Shown here one piece after another: positions 16,157-26,090 of a DNA stretch of 49,954 bases. Under the pieces are notes generated by a model. The model was not told where the DNA came from. It did no database searches and saw only the letters and a program-made list of their open reading frames with translations. Made by a program: the position numbers and the translations under genes. Positions within the stretch are counted from its first letter, which is position 1; the number at the start of each line of letters is the position of its first letter. Source of the DNA: Candidatus Woesearchaeota archaeon (GTDB taxonomy: Archaea; Nanobdellota; Nanobdellia; Woesearchaeales; JAGVYU01); assembly GCA_018303105.1 (NCBI GenBank), contig JAGVYU010000019.1, forward strand, positions 1 through 49,954, in the 5' to 3' direction.

Positions 16157-17530
16157 TTAGGCGCTTGTCAGCTCCCGAATTTTCCATCTCAGTGTATTCC
16201 ACACAAACCCTAGACGGAAGTAATACTTGCGGTACGCTTCTGAAAGCAACGCGGTAATCTGCTCCGGAGAAAGGTTTTCATGTCGGTACACCGGATGAAA
16301 CTGCGTGTAGTGCGTGTAATCTTTGGTGAGAAGCCGCCCAGATGCTTCCATCTGGTCATAAAACCGAGTACCGGGATACGGTGTTGAGACTGCAAAGCGC
16401 GCGAGTGGAGTATTCAACCGGACTGCATACTTGATTGTATTTCTAACGGTTTCAACCGTGTCCCCGTCATATCCTATGATGTAAAATGCTGAGACCTTTA
16501 TTCCGAGTTTGTCGCAGAATCGAATGATGTGCTCCTGGTGCTGCTGCTGCACGAGAAGGCGCTTGTTTTGCTTGGCTACTTCAGGATCATTCGTCTCAAT
16601 GCCGACATTAAGGTTACGCAATCCCGCAGCGTACATCATCTTGAGGTTTTCCTCATTGAGGAGATCAAGCCGTGTCTCCATGCCCCATTGAATTTTTACA
16701 TGGCGCTTCATGATCTCATCGCAAAATTCAGGAATGAAATTTCGGTTCAGACCGAACACGGGATCGCGGAATTGAACTCCCTTGATGTTATGCTTTTGCT
16801 GAAGCGACACAATATCATCCACGACTTTTTTTGGCGATCGTTGCCTAATCTTTGCTCCCTGGTATTCTCCATAGACACAATAGTACCTGCAGCTGTATGG
16901 ACAGCCTTTGCTGGCCAGGAGGACCAAAAATGGACGCTTGTTGTTGGCGGGGGAATACCCATAGCGATGCAGCGGGAATCCGTCGTATGAGGGAGTAGGC
17001 AGGTCTTCAATCGTCGTTGCGCTCTTCACAAGAACATTTCCCTTCAATTGGTCCAACGACGTGAAATCATGCATAAAAAAAGGCTCCGGCTCTCCGATCA
17101 AAACGAAATCGCAGCCTCCGAAAAGATCCGGTCGGACAGAGACGAATGGGCCAAAGAATCCAACGGTTGCCTCAGGAAATTTCATTTTTAATTTCTGTCC
17201 TACCTCGTTCTCGTATTTATAATCCACAATGCTTCCATACAGGAGAATGAGATCGCTCGGCTGCTCAGGAAGCGATTCCTCATAATAGGTTACTGTATGG
17301 CCTTTCTCTCGCAAAATGGTCTGCAGAAAGGCGAATGAGATGACGGGGAGTCTCACCCATTTCCCTTTTATACGTTGCAGTATCTTCGAGGTTATCGTCG
17401 TTCCATAATCATCTGCCGTGCCAAACCCGCCGTTTAAGTCTTTGTTCATCGCTCCCTTAACATTCGGGTTGATGACTTGAACGAGTGATATTTTTAATGG
17501 CCTGCTCACGGTTTGCTCAGCGTTTTCCAT
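16157..17530 (-). CDS. B12-binding-domain radical SAM protein
   Basis: An N-terminal Rossmann-like B12 domain is followed by a radical SAM core whose cysteine triad is GCPYSCRYYC. The start is moved to MENAEQ… (17530) because the TATA tttaaata abuts the tracked ATG at 17551. Confidence 0.7.
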   Translation of the reverse strand: MENAEQTVSRPLKISLVQVINPNVKGAMNKDLNGGFGTADDYGTTITSKILQRIKGKWVRLPVISFAFLQTILREKGHTVTYYEESLPEQPSDLILLYGSIVDYKYENEVGQKLKMKFPEATVGFFGPFVSVRPDLFGGCDFVLIGEPEPFFMHDFTSLDQLKGNVLVKSATTIEDLPTPSYDGFPLHRYGYSPANNKRPFLVLLASKGCPYSCRYYCVYGEYQGAKIRQRSPKKVVDDIVSLQQKHNIKGVQFRDPVFGLNRNFIPEFCDEIMKRHVKIQWGMETRLDLLNEENLKMMYAAGLRNLNVGIETNDPEVAKQNKRLLVQQQHQEHIIRFCDKLGIKVSAFYIIGYDGDTVETVRNTIKYAVRLNTPLARFAVSTPYPGTRFYDQMEASGRLLTKDYTHYTQFHPVYRHENLSPEQITALLSEAYRKYYFRLGFVWNTLRWKIRELTSA

Positions 17531-17615
17531 GGGTGTTTGGCGAATGTGCATGGTATTTAAACTTTGTGCAAGGCAAGTTGCCCGGGATTACCGTCAATAA
17601 GCGTCTATTGTCAAC

Positions 17616-18647
17616 TCATCGCGCTGCATACTTGTTGAAGAAATTATTTGTCCACGTTTCCGGAGTCTTCCTATTGTTGATCTCCACAGCGATGTGGTAC
17701 GTGAATGGCTTTGGTTTTCTCTCCTTGATGTACGCAATCATGCTCCTGAGCCCCTCATCAAGGCTCACGTTCGTTTTGTAACCCAGTAACTTCCGAACTT
17801 TGTTTGCGCTGCACGCAGCTAGTTTCACTTCCTGAGGCCTTCCTGGCATGTATGTTGGCTTGAGTTTAAAATCGAGAAGCCCTGCAATCCTGCGCGCCAA
17901 CTCGTTAATCGTAATAAATTCCTCGTCCGGCCCAATATTGATCACTTCCCCAATCACATTGTTCTGGAACGCGACTTTTTTCAGGCAGTCAATATCATCC
18001 TGGACGAACGAGAAACAGCGTTTCTGCTCGCCATCGCCATAAATAATCGGTTGTCTGCCCTGAAGCATGAGGTTAATCATGATTGATGCTACGTTTCTGT
18101 ACGGATCGTCATATTTCTGCCGCGGCCCTATGATATTATGAGGAACAACGATGACATACTCCATGCCATGCACTTCAGCCAGATTTTTAAGGAGCAATTC
18201 AGACGCATATTTCGAGATTCCGTACGGATCCTGGGGCTTGCAGATGAGTTCCTCCGTGAATGGGACAACTTTCTGCGTGCCATATCGGGCCATGCTTGAG
18301 CAATGGACGAAACGTTGTACCTTGTTAGCGATTGAAGCGCTTATCACAGAGGCCGTTATCTGGTACGTATTTTGCGCAACAAGGCTTGGTGAAAATACGC
18401 TCAGCCCTTCATATGCTGTGCATGCGCAATGGTACATAATCTCCGTGCCTTTCGTTGCCTTCCTCATCGCTTCCAGGTCGCCGCAGTCGATCTTATGAAA
18501 CTCAATCCCTTTGGGAACATTATCAGCGTAGCCGCCAATAAGGTTATCACAGCCCGCAACTTCACATCCTTCAGCAAGCATCGCGTCCGCAAGATGGCTT
18601 CCGAGAAATCCAGCTACTCCCGTGATAAACACCTTCTTTTTTGGCAT
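17616..18647 (-). CDS. NAD-dependent epimerase/dehydratase (extended SDR, nucleotide-sugar modifying)
   Basis: KKVFITGVAGFLGSHL Rossmann motif and YGISKYASE catalytic YxxxK. Confidence 0.8.
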   Translation of the reverse strand: MPKKKVFITGVAGFLGSHLADAMLAEGCEVAGCDNLIGGYADNVPKGIEFHKIDCGDLEAMRKATKGTEIMYHCACTAYEGLSVFSPSLVAQNTYQITASVISASIANKVQRFVHCSSMARYGTQKVVPFTEELICKPQDPYGISKYASELLLKNLAEVHGMEYVIVVPHNIIGPRQKYDDPYRNVASIMINLMLQGRQPIIYGDGEQKRCFSFVQDDIDCLKKVAFQNNVIGEVINIGPDEEFITINELARRIAGLLDFKLKPTYMPGRPQEVKLAACSANKVRKLLGYKTNVSLDEGLRSMIAYIKERKPKPFTYHIAVEINNRKTPETWTNNFFNKYAAR

Positions 18648-18689
18648 AGCGTCTATGGGAAGAATTGAGGTTTAAAAATGTTGTTGTCT

Positions 18690-19028
18690 TCAATGCTCAA
18701 GAATAATCTCCTTATCTTTTCGCGCACTTTGAAGCGCTTCTGCGATGAGCGTTTTTTCAAGATCGATGATCCTTTGTGTCACGGGGCTTTTTGCATTGAG
18801 CGTATAGAGTTTAGTCTTTCCGTATCTGTGTGTTACCTTTACAATTCCTCTTTTTTCGAGCTCGCCCCAGTAGTTAAACAGAGACGCTCTTGAAATCTGC
18901 GCGCCTTTTGCAATATCAGTCTTGCTGAAGTCCATGCCTTTGTTCTCAAGGAGAAAATCAATGATGCGAAAGAGCAGGATACCCCTCAGAAACGTAAGTG
19001 AAAGCGGTTTTTCCACACTGTGCCTCAT
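18690..19028 (-). CDS. winged-helix transcriptional regulator
   Basis: FSKTDIAKGAQISRASLFNYWGELEKRGIVKV… is an HTH plus wing pattern. It abuts the upstream ORF with no gap. Confidence 0.55.
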   Translation of the reverse strand: MRHSVEKPLSLTFLRGILLFRIIDFLLENKGMDFSKTDIAKGAQISRASLFNYWGELEKRGIVKVTHRYGKTKLYTLNAKSPVTQRIIDLEKTLIAEALQSARKDKEIILEH

Positions 19029-19283
19029 TCACCCTCTGCAAGTCTGGTCTCTGTAGGGGCTGCCTTCACGGGTGTCAACAATATGCTCATTAGAATATTC
19101 GATCACATTCTGCTCGAACGCAATCCTCAGCACATACACAAGATCCTGTTCAAGTGCGAATGAGCCTTTGTGTGCGCAGCTAATCTCCCCTTTTCCGCAT
19201 ATAGTAAAATACAAATATCCTTCGTCAATCGCTGTGCCCGGGCTGAACACGGGCTCATAATACGAATCCTGGGTTTTTACCAA
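19029..19283 (-). CDS. hypothetical protein (may be the 3' part of the upstream ORF)
   Basis: 84-aa ORF with a TTG start. It overlaps ORF 19255-19665 by 29 nt in another frame. Confidence 0.35.
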   Translation of the reverse strand: MVKTQDSYYEPVFSPGTAIDEGYLYFTICGKGEISCAHKGSFALEQDLVYVLRIAFEQNVIEYSNEHIVDTREGSPYRDQTCRG

Positions 19284-19665
19284 TCGTCATATTTTTTGGC
19301 TTTAGACCCGTCTTGTAGAAAATTGTGCCTCCCGGATATCCGGAGATGCAGGCAGGAGTGACATTAACAGCTACAACATGCGAGTATTTCTCATTTGTCA
19401 TGATCGGATTGATAGCGGGGGGAACATAAACAACGGGTTCGCTCGGAGCTTCCTCAACCGGTGTTGCAACGGGTTCTTCCGGAGGCTGAGCCACAACCGC
19501 AGGCGCTTCTGCGACGGGGCACACGGGGCATTCCTTTGCGAGTTCCGCATAGTAATTCGCTTTGAACAATGTAAGCTCTCCATGCAAGTAAATGATCATG
19601 CCAAAGAGCACAAAAAGTACAAGAAGCATGACAATGGTTACTAAATTCTTTCTTGCGTCCATCAT
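19255..19665 (-). CDS. membrane-anchored protein with a Pro/Glu/Ala-rich linker
   Basis: N-terminal transmembrane helix (LVTIVMLLVLFVLFGMIIYL) followed by AEAPAVVAQPPEEPVATPVEEAPSEP. Confidence 0.45.
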   Translation of the reverse strand: MMDARKNLVTIVMLLVLFVLFGMIIYLHGELTLFKANYYAELAKECPVCPVAEAPAVVAQPPEEPVATPVEEAPSEPVVYVPPAINPIMTNEKYSHVVAVNVTPACISGYPGGTIFYKTGLKPKNMTIGKNPGFVL

Positions 19666-19922
19666 TTCAAGCCGCGCTCAGCGCATTCAGGCGAGCAGAA
19701 CCAGTGGCGCTCTCCTTTAATTTCGCGCTCGACAACCTTTTCCTTGTCATTCGTTAAAGGCTTTCCGCAATGGGAACACACGCCAAAGTTAACCGGGTTC
19801 TTCTCACCCGCCATGAATCCTTCTTCTGTCGGGGATATTTCATCATCATCGAGGAGCTTATCACTGCCCTCTTCATCATAGATGTCTTCGTCCTGATCCC
19901 CATTATCATCATACTTACCCAT
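19662..19922 (-). CDS. acidic protein with C-terminal TRASH / zf-FCS-like zinc ribbon
   Basis: CSHCGKP…WFCSPEC pattern after a highly acidic N-terminus. ATGA overlap with the next gene. Confidence 0.5.
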   Translation of the reverse strand: MGKYDDNGDQDEDIYDEEGSDKLLDDDEISPTEEGFMAGEKNPVNFGVCSHCGKPLTNDKEKVVEREIKGERHWFCSPECAERGLK

Positions 19923-19959
19923 ACCACCACCTAACTCCCTTATAGAAACTGAGGGTTTT

Positions 19960-20703
19960 TTAATGTTTCGCTTTGTGGCGGCTTTTCATCCCCGTTGGAG
20001 TGTGCCGCTTCCAGTGCGTTGGCCTGTTAAACGTGTGAATATGCTCTACTTTCGTGAATTTCCCTTTCTTCCATTCATAAATAATTGGTTTTCCTGTCGG
20101 CAGCTCGAGCTTGGGGATATCCGCATCTGAGATGCGATCCAGATCTTTGATTATTGCGCGTAGACTATTACCGTGCGCAGAGACTAGTACATTCTTTCCA
20201 GCTTTGACTTTTGGAACAATCTCGCGTTTGAAATATGGAAGCGTTCTCTTGAGGGTATCCTTAAGCGATTCGCCTCCGGGAGGTGGAATGTCATAGCTCC
20301 TGCGCCATATGAATACTTTTTCCTTTCCATATTTCTTGCGCGCGTCGTCCTTATTCAGTCCTTGCAATTTACCATAGTATCGTTCATTCAGCGCACTGCT
20401 TTCGAACACCGGTATTTCCTTGCCCTGAAGCTGAATATGGCTCGACCAGTGCTTTTCTTTTCCATCATCGTGCATAAAAACTGCTGTGTAATCCTGCTCT
20501 GCGAGAATGATCATGAGTGTTTCCTGAGCGCGGGTGAGCTTTGAAGTGAATGCGATATCAAACCGCAGTGCTTTCAGATTATTGGCTGCAATCAGAGCCT
20601 CGTAGATCCCGTTCTCGCTCAACGGCACATCCACCCACCCCGTAAATCGATTTGAGAGATTCCATCTTGATTCTCCATGCCGTACGAGAACGAGATAGCT
20701 CAT
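19960..20703 (-). CDS. gpmA: 2,3-bisphosphoglycerate-dependent phosphoglycerate mutase
   Basis: [29 protein letters not shown] histidine-phosphatase signature and …[10 protein letters not shown]…. Confidence 0.85.
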   Translation of the reverse strand: MSYLVLVRHGESRWNLSNRFTGWVDVPLSENGIYEALIAANNLKALRFDIAFTSKLTRAQETLMIILAEQDYTAVFMHDDGKEKHWSSHIQLQGKEIPVFESSALNERYYGKLQGLNKDDARKKYGKEKVFIWRRSYDIPPPGGESLKDTLKRTLPYFKREIVPKVKAGKNVLVSAHGNSLRAIIKDLDRISDADIPKLELPTGKPIIYEWKKGKFTKVEHIHTFNRPTHWKRHTPTGMKSRHKAKH

Positions 20704-21977
20704 GCTCCGCTCCTGAAGTTTTTTCCCGCGTACTTCGCTTTCTTGCCGAGTTGCTCTTCAATGCGCAATAACTGATTATATTTTGCCAATCGTTCTGACC
20801 TGCACGGCGCCCCTGATTTGATCTGGCCTGAGCATATCCCCACTGACAAATCCGCTATGAAACTGTCTTCGGTTTCCCCAGAGCGATGGCTCACCATGAC
20901 GCCCCATGAATTATCACGAGCCAATTGCGCGGCCGCAAGGCTCTCCGTCACGGTTCCAATCTGATTGACTTTCAATAACAATGCGTTGCACGCGTTGTGT
21001 TTCAGGGCGAGCCGGATTCGCTCGACATTCGTGACGAGCAGATCATCTCCAACGATCTGAATGTTTTTTCCGATGCTAGCGTTTATATTTTTGAACGCGT
21101 TGAAATCATCTTCCGCGAACGGGTCTTCTATCGTAACAATGTCATATTTTTTTACAAGCGCTTCATACCGGAGCTGAAGCTGGCCGGGAAGCATAGCCTT
21201 TCCCTCAACATTGTACGTTCCGTTTGCATAAAAAGAGGAAGCAGCCACATCCATCCCAATCTTTATCTTTCCCGAATACCCTGCCTGCTGAATCGCTTGT
21301 GTTAAGACTTCAAGGGGCTGCTCAATCGTGGTTAAAGGAGGAGCAAACCCGCCTTCATCCCCCACGTTCACGGCGTTCACACCATGTTTTTCCCTGAGAA
21401 TCCCTTTGAGCACTTGATACGTCTCAGCGCCCATACGCAGCGCCTGTGAAAAACTTGAAGCGCCAATAGGAAGGAGCATGTATTCCTGAAAGTCAATCTG
21501 GTTTCCTGCGTGTTTTCCTCCATTTATTACGTTAAAACTCGGCACAGGCAAAAGGAATTGTTTTTTCTTCGCGAGTTTTCCAATGTGAGCGTACAATGGC
21601 GCTCCTGACGCGGCAGCGCCTGCCCGCGCAACGGCCATAGAAACCCCTAAAATCGCATTCGCTCCGAGTTTTTTCTTGTTCGGCGTGCCATCAAGCTGGC
21701 AAAGAAGTGTGTCCATAGCATACTGATCAAGAACGCTGTGTCCCTTGATTTTTTTCGCGATAGCCGAATTCACGTTCGCTACCGCTGTGAGCACTCCTTT
21801 TCCGCCATATCTCTTGCCACCGTCGCGTAATTCCCACGCTTCATGAATTCCGGTAGATGCCCCAGAAGGCACCATCGCAGAAAACTGTCCGTCTTTCGTC
21901 ATTAAAGAAACCTCAACCGTAGGATTGCCCCGAGAATCTAAGACTTCCCGGGCTTTGATATCAAGAATCTTTGACAC
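20700..21977 (-). CDS. eno: enolase
   Basis: [23 protein letters not shown]…, …[13 protein letters not shown]…, …[15 protein letters not shown]…. ATGA overlap with gpmA. Confidence 0.95.
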   Translation of the reverse strand: MSKILDIKAREVLDSRGNPTVEVSLMTKDGQFSAMVPSGASTGIHEAWELRDGGKRYGGKGVLTAVANVNSAIAKKIKGHSVLDQYAMDTLLCQLDGTPNKKKLGANAILGVSMAVARAGAAASGAPLYAHIGKLAKKKQFLLPVPSFNVINGGKHAGNQIDFQEYMLLPIGASSFSQALRMGAETYQVLKGILREKHGVNAVNVGDEGGFAPPLTTIEQPLEVLTQAIQQAGYSGKIKIGMDVAASSFYANGTYNVEGKAMLPGQLQLRYEALVKKYDIVTIEDPFAEDDFNAFKNINASIGKNIQIVGDDLLVTNVERIRLALKHNACNALLLKVNQIGTVTESLAAAQLARDNSWGVMVSHRSGETEDSFIADLSVGICSGQIKSGAPCRSERLAKYNQLLRIEEQLGKKAKYAGKNFRSGA

Positions 21978-22109
21978 ATGAACACCTCTTTATGAATCCT
22001 ATAAGAAACAAGTTTAAAAAGATTTGGATCAATACGCACGGTTTTATAAGTAACTAAAAAGTGGTAACATTGCATAATGTTTTTAAATCAAAGGCGCTTT
22101 TCTTATCTC

Positions 22110-22847
22110 ATGCAACGATCACAATACTTGCGCCCTCTTGACATGCTCGACCTGTACCTTGTTGAAAAAGGCTTAAAGCCTGCTACGCGACTAGCGTTTG
22201 ATGCGACAGATACTCATCTCTCTCCATTTGTTCATCACGATGAACGACAGATGCCTTCGATGGCACACATCCGAGATAGATTTATCTCTGAATTTGTTCT
22301 GGAAGTTGAGAAGATGGTGTATGATACTGGAAGACCATACAGCGTCTTACCCATCCAGCCGCGCGTACTCACGAACAAACAGCCTCCGGTGACGATGGTG
22401 CATGATCTTCTTTGGATTCTTGTTGGGGATTCGCAGCCAAATCTCGAGAGACTCATTCATGCAAAATCTGATGTTGAATTTGGTGCGGCTTTTGGGTACC
22501 CTCCCGATGCGATCGCTGCCTTTGGCAAGGTTATTAACGGTGAGAAGAGAGATGGTCACTCTGTCCTTGTTGCCATGGCTCGGGCAGTGCACGCAGGGAT
22601 TCCTATTCCTCCCTGGCTAGCCTATATCCCCTTCGTTCCTTCTGAGCTTGATATTGTTAACGGTAGATATTCTCCATCGGCGCAGGAGATGGGTGAGAGA
22701 AACAGAGCCTTTGTACTAAAACACAATCCCGTCCTCGCAATGCTTGCGGAGGGGCAATTGTATACAAGAAAAATGCCAGTATCTTGGGTTTTAGGAAGTA
22801 ACGGTTCGTACTCATGCACGTTTACTCCAAAAAAAGTGATCTCTTAG
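22110..22847 (+). CDS. hypothetical protein
   Basis: The start is moved to ATG 22110 (MQRSQYL…), 18 nt after the promoter-like tttttaaatcaa that the tracked ORF translates as MFLNQ. Confidence 0.5.
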   Translation: MQRSQYLRPLDMLDLYLVEKGLKPATRLAFDATDTHLSPFVHHDERQMPSMAHIRDRFISEFVLEVEKMVYDTGRPYSVLPIQPRVLTNKQPPVTMVHDLLWILVGDSQPNLERLIHAKSDVEFGAAFGYPPDAIAAFGKVINGEKRDGHSVLVAMARAVHAGIPIPPWLAYIPFVPSELDIVNGRYSPSAQEMGERNRAFVLKHNPVLAMLAEGQLYTRKMPVSWVLGSNGSYSCTFTPKKVIS

Positions 22848-22880
22848 ACACAATCCGTCGGACAATTGAAAGATCTTGAT

Positions 22881-23843
22881 TTAAGGATACAGATTATACT
22901 TGTGTATCTTCCTCACGATGAGCGTATCATAATCGCGAATGACGTGAGAAAACCTTTTTGTGAGGTCCATCATCACATCTCGAAACTGATCAAAGCTCTC
23001 ACTCTCGATATCCAATTCGAAATTCCATTTTCCCAGCGCTTTGATGATGTACACAACCCGGCTCAGCGATTGGCAGTAATGCAGAAAGTCGCTAATGTGC
23101 GTGGGGTCATAGTCGCTGGCGTAGACGAGAATTTTGCAATGGAGTTGATTCAATGCATCATGATTTAGCACTATCGTGTACTTCGTGATCACCCGGTTTT
23201 GTAAAAGGCGGACCATTCGGTTCCGAATGGTGTCAGGTGCCACATCGCATTCCTTTGCAAGGGCAGCTACGGGTATTCGCGGATATCTGCAGAGAGCGCG
23301 CAGAATGGAGAGATCAAGTGCGTCCAAAGTGACTCCTCCTTTTTCAGCGCTATAGGAAATTTCACGTTGGGGTTTTCGGGAGGTATGTACAAGGTAGTCT
23401 CTCAGCAAGTACTCTCCCTTCAGATTTATGGAGAGGTCATGTTTACTGATGAAGAGATGGTACTGCTGATAGAGGCCTTCCATAAACGCATCGAGCTCGG
23501 TTACATGCTCAACCTTGATAACTAATCCCAGATCATAGCTGCCATCCAACTCGGCAAGCCAGACAAGCAGGGGGTTGCTGATAAGACGCTTGACAATCTC
23601 TTCTCTTTTAGCAGTGTCGGCATTATGAAATCGCAGCAACACCTTGTAAAAAACAGCATGCAGTTTTCCGGGGTCTACAATCGTCAACGCCTGCTGGATG
23701 ACTCCCTTCTTGAAGAGCTGTTCAACCCGGTATCTCGCAGTTTCTTGCGAAATGCCTGCAATGCGTCCAAGCTGCGTATATGTAAGCCGTGAATTTTCAT
23801 CGAGGGCGTGAAGGAGCTTTCTATCTTTTTTATCGACTTTCAT
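22881..23843 (-). CDS. tandem (double-module) Lrp/AsnC-family transcriptional regulator
   Basis: Two HTH_AsnC modules (DRKLLHALDENSRLTYTQLGRIAGISQETARYRV… and LDLSILRALCRYPRIPVAALAKECDVAPDTIRNRM…), each followed by a RAM-like segment. Confidence 0.75.
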   Translation of the reverse strand: MKVDKKDRKLLHALDENSRLTYTQLGRIAGISQETARYRVEQLFKKGVIQQALTIVDPGKLHAVFYKVLLRFHNADTAKREEIVKRLISNPLLVWLAELDGSYDLGLVIKVEHVTELDAFMEGLYQQYHLFISKHDLSINLKGEYLLRDYLVHTSRKPQREISYSAEKGGVTLDALDLSILRALCRYPRIPVAALAKECDVAPDTIRNRMVRLLQNRVITKYTIVLNHDALNQLHCKILVYASDYDPTHISDFLHYCQSLSRVVYIIKALGKWNFELDIESESFDQFRDVMMDLTKRFSHVIRDYDTLIVRKIHKYNLYP

Positions 23844-23954
23844 AAATTTTATGATAATAAATGTTGATATATAAAGCTATCGTCTAAATAGTAAAAACTA
23901 GCTGTAAATCTTTATATATAACCGACATATTACTACTTGTATGGGGGTGCAAAT

Positions 23955-24332
23955 ATGAACATAAAATCAACACTTTTGGCGGCAGTGGGTCTTGCAGCTC
24001 TGGCTTGTGCAGATCCTGGACGCGAAGGTCCGTGGGGACGCAAAGTGGAAGTGGGTAGAACGACAACGACGTATCAGGGATCAGAACATGAGGTTGTGGT
24101 CTATGAAACGCGGCATGGCTTTCATGTGGTGAGCGATTTTGCCAGCGGCATGGACTTTGAAAGGGATGGCCTAGTCGGGGCTTTAGAAGACCAATCTAGT
24201 GGCGATAGGGATACCCGTGAAAGATACCTCCGTATAGTCAACGATAATGAACTCTGGAAAGAAGCCACTTCGGCGCTAAGTGAGGGGCTCGAATCCGGGC
24301 TTAGGAGCGCGGGGTGGACGTGGCAAGAATAA
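23955..24332 (+). CDS. small secreted protein (signal peptide)
   Basis: MNIKSTLLAAVGLAALACA signal-like N-terminus. A GGGGGTG Shine-Dalgarno site lies 5 nt upstream of the ATG. Confidence 0.45.
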   Translation: MNIKSTLLAAVGLAALACADPGREGPWGRKVEVGRTTTTYQGSEHEVVVYETRHGFHVVSDFASGMDFERDGLVGALEDQSSGDRDTRERYLRIVNDNELWKEATSALSEGLESGLRSAGWTWQE

Positions 24333-24338
24333 AAAGAA

Positions 24339-25253
24339 TTATTCACAATCCGTCGGACAATTGAATTGATTCTCTCCGGATGTGCCATCCTTAATAAGAA
24401 GCGCGTCACACACACCATTCCCGCAATGCTCAAGCTCGGGCTGCTGCGCGCATATTCCAATATCTCCAATCTCTTCGCCTTGAAGCCCCCTATACCCCTG
24501 AAGGTCTGACTTCACTCTAACCGTGAAGTTATGCAAACAGAAAGTGTCAGAGGGACATGCGTATTGCCCAAGTCCATCACATATGCAATAGTCCTCAAGT
24601 GTGCATCTCAATCTGAAATACGGCCCTTTGCACACGGGCTGGAATAATCCACCCGCGTTCAAGCATGAAGTCTCCGTGATTGTGAAATTGGAGTAAAAAC
24701 AATTAATAGACGGCCTGCACGACGTTGTGCCGTCAAAATTGCACTCGCACTCTTTGCAGTCCTCAACAAACTGATCTCCGGGGCGATATGCGCCACACGT
24801 AGCATTCGGATACAGAGTATTTCCAACGCACGCAATACCACACCATCTGTAATCCGCCCTCACTGTTTTTTTGCATAGTACCGCTTCACGATTGCATATG
24901 CTTCTGCATCCGGAAAGATCACATTCGTTTCGTTTGTATTCCCTGAATGAGCCCTCGCATTGTCTTGTACAAGATGAAAAGCTGCCGGATGTCAGGTTTT
25001 GTGAAGCACAATCCTGTAAGCATATCTGTCTTGTATCCTCCGCTGTGGCAACGCACGTATCATAAGTTTGAACGCACGCATCTTTACATATGTCCTGGTC
25101 CGCGACACACCCAAGAAACGCAGCTTTCTTAGTCTCCTTGCAATCCAGTTTGCATGCTGAGATTGCGGTTTTCTGCTCAGGTGTAAATGCCGCTGCAAGC
25201 ACTAGTGATGCTACAAGAAGCCCTATGATGATGAATATAAGATATCCCCTCAT
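24339..25253 (-). CDS. cysteine-rich secreted protein
   Basis: Signal or anchor sequence (YLIFIIIGLLVASLVLAAA). I counted 34 Cys in 304 aa. N-glycosylation sequons NLT, NAT and NFT (twice). C-terminal CGNGVCD…GENQFNCPTDCE module. Confidence 0.6.
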   Translation of the reverse strand: MRGYLIFIIIGLLVASLVLAAAFTPEQKTAISACKLDCKETKKAAFLGCVADQDICKDACVQTYDTCVATAEDTRQICLQDCASQNLTSGSFSSCTRQCEGSFREYKRNECDLSGCRSICNREAVLCKKTVRADYRWCGIACVGNTLYPNATCGAYRPGDQFVEDCKECECNFDGTTSCRPSINCFYSNFTITETSCLNAGGLFQPVCKGPYFRLRCTLEDYCICDGLGQYACPSDTFCLHNFTVRVKSDLQGYRGLQGEEIGDIGICAQQPELEHCGNGVCDALLIKDGTSGENQFNCPTDCE

Positions 25254-25319
25254 ACGTACTGGGATTTCCTTAGCTATTAAATGGATTATGCTATTAAAAA
25301 CAATATGTTAGAACCGTGA

Positions 25320-26057
25320 TTACCCAATATACTGCTGCCGATCCTCGTGTGATTCTTCGTCTCCCGCAAGCATGGCTGCATCGTCTTGCTTAGGTTTCTG
25401 CAATTTTTTGGAATCAATTGAAAATCCGAATCGTTTTTGAAGCACTTTGACAAGCTCCGCAGCCCCTTGAGGATCTACGGCCATAGGATGGCCATGCGTT
25501 TCAGCGAGAAGCGCGACTGCAGGAATGTTGTGCTGTCCGGCAATGCCAACAAGCACACCGGTTATTCCAATGATTGGGCCTACAACGCCATACAGCTCTT
25601 CCTTAAGGCCGAGTTTTTTATACGCACTGACAATGCTCGGAATCGACCCTGCGCAATACACTTTGGGATGTTCGGGCGCTTCATGTAGTCCTATTCCTCC
25701 CAGCGTCACGATTTCCTGCACGTTAGCATGCTTCGTCAACGCAATGAGCTCTTCACAAAACGTGTAGCATCCCCGCTCGTCAACGGGCTGCACGTCCCCA
25801 GCGAGAAAGAGAACATCCTTTGACCTCACGCGCACGTGATACAGAGATAGCTCAGGCAGTTTCACGAGATTTTTCGGCTGAACAAAGACAGAATGCGGCA
25901 GTGAATGGGAGAAAAACGTCACAACCTTCTTCGCTTTCAATTCCATGATGAGAAAATCAGCCGCGACCCTTCCCACATTGCCAATCCCGGGAAGCCCCTC
26001 AATAAGCACGGGTTTAGAAAGCTTCGGAAGTTTGCCTTGTATTGTCCATGCCCCCAT
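25320..26057 (-). CDS. PAC2-family proteasome assembly chaperone-like protein
   Basis: KPVLIEGLPGIGNVGRVAADFLI… N-terminal signature of the PAC2/COG1938 family. Confidence 0.7.
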   Translation of the reverse strand: MGAWTIQGKLPKLSKPVLIEGLPGIGNVGRVAADFLIMELKAKKVVTFFSHSLPHSVFVQPKNLVKLPELSLYHVRVRSKDVLFLAGDVQPVDERGCYTFCEELIALTKHANVQEIVTLGGIGLHEAPEHPKVYCAGSIPSIVSAYKKLGLKEELYGVVGPIIGITGVLVGIAGQHNIPAVALLAETHGHPMAVDPQGAAELVKVLQKRFGFSIDSKKLQKPKQDDAAMLAGDEESHEDRQQYIG

Positions 26058-26090
26058 AAAAAACTCGTCATTAAAGAAAGTATATAAACG

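Noticed and set aside
19029-19665. Overlap of ORFs 19255-19665 and 19029-19283 as a frameshifted single gene
   Set aside because: The overlap contains short homopolymers (ggtaaaaaccc), so a frameshift is possible. However, no homology links the two parts, so I kept them as separate low-confidence CDSs.
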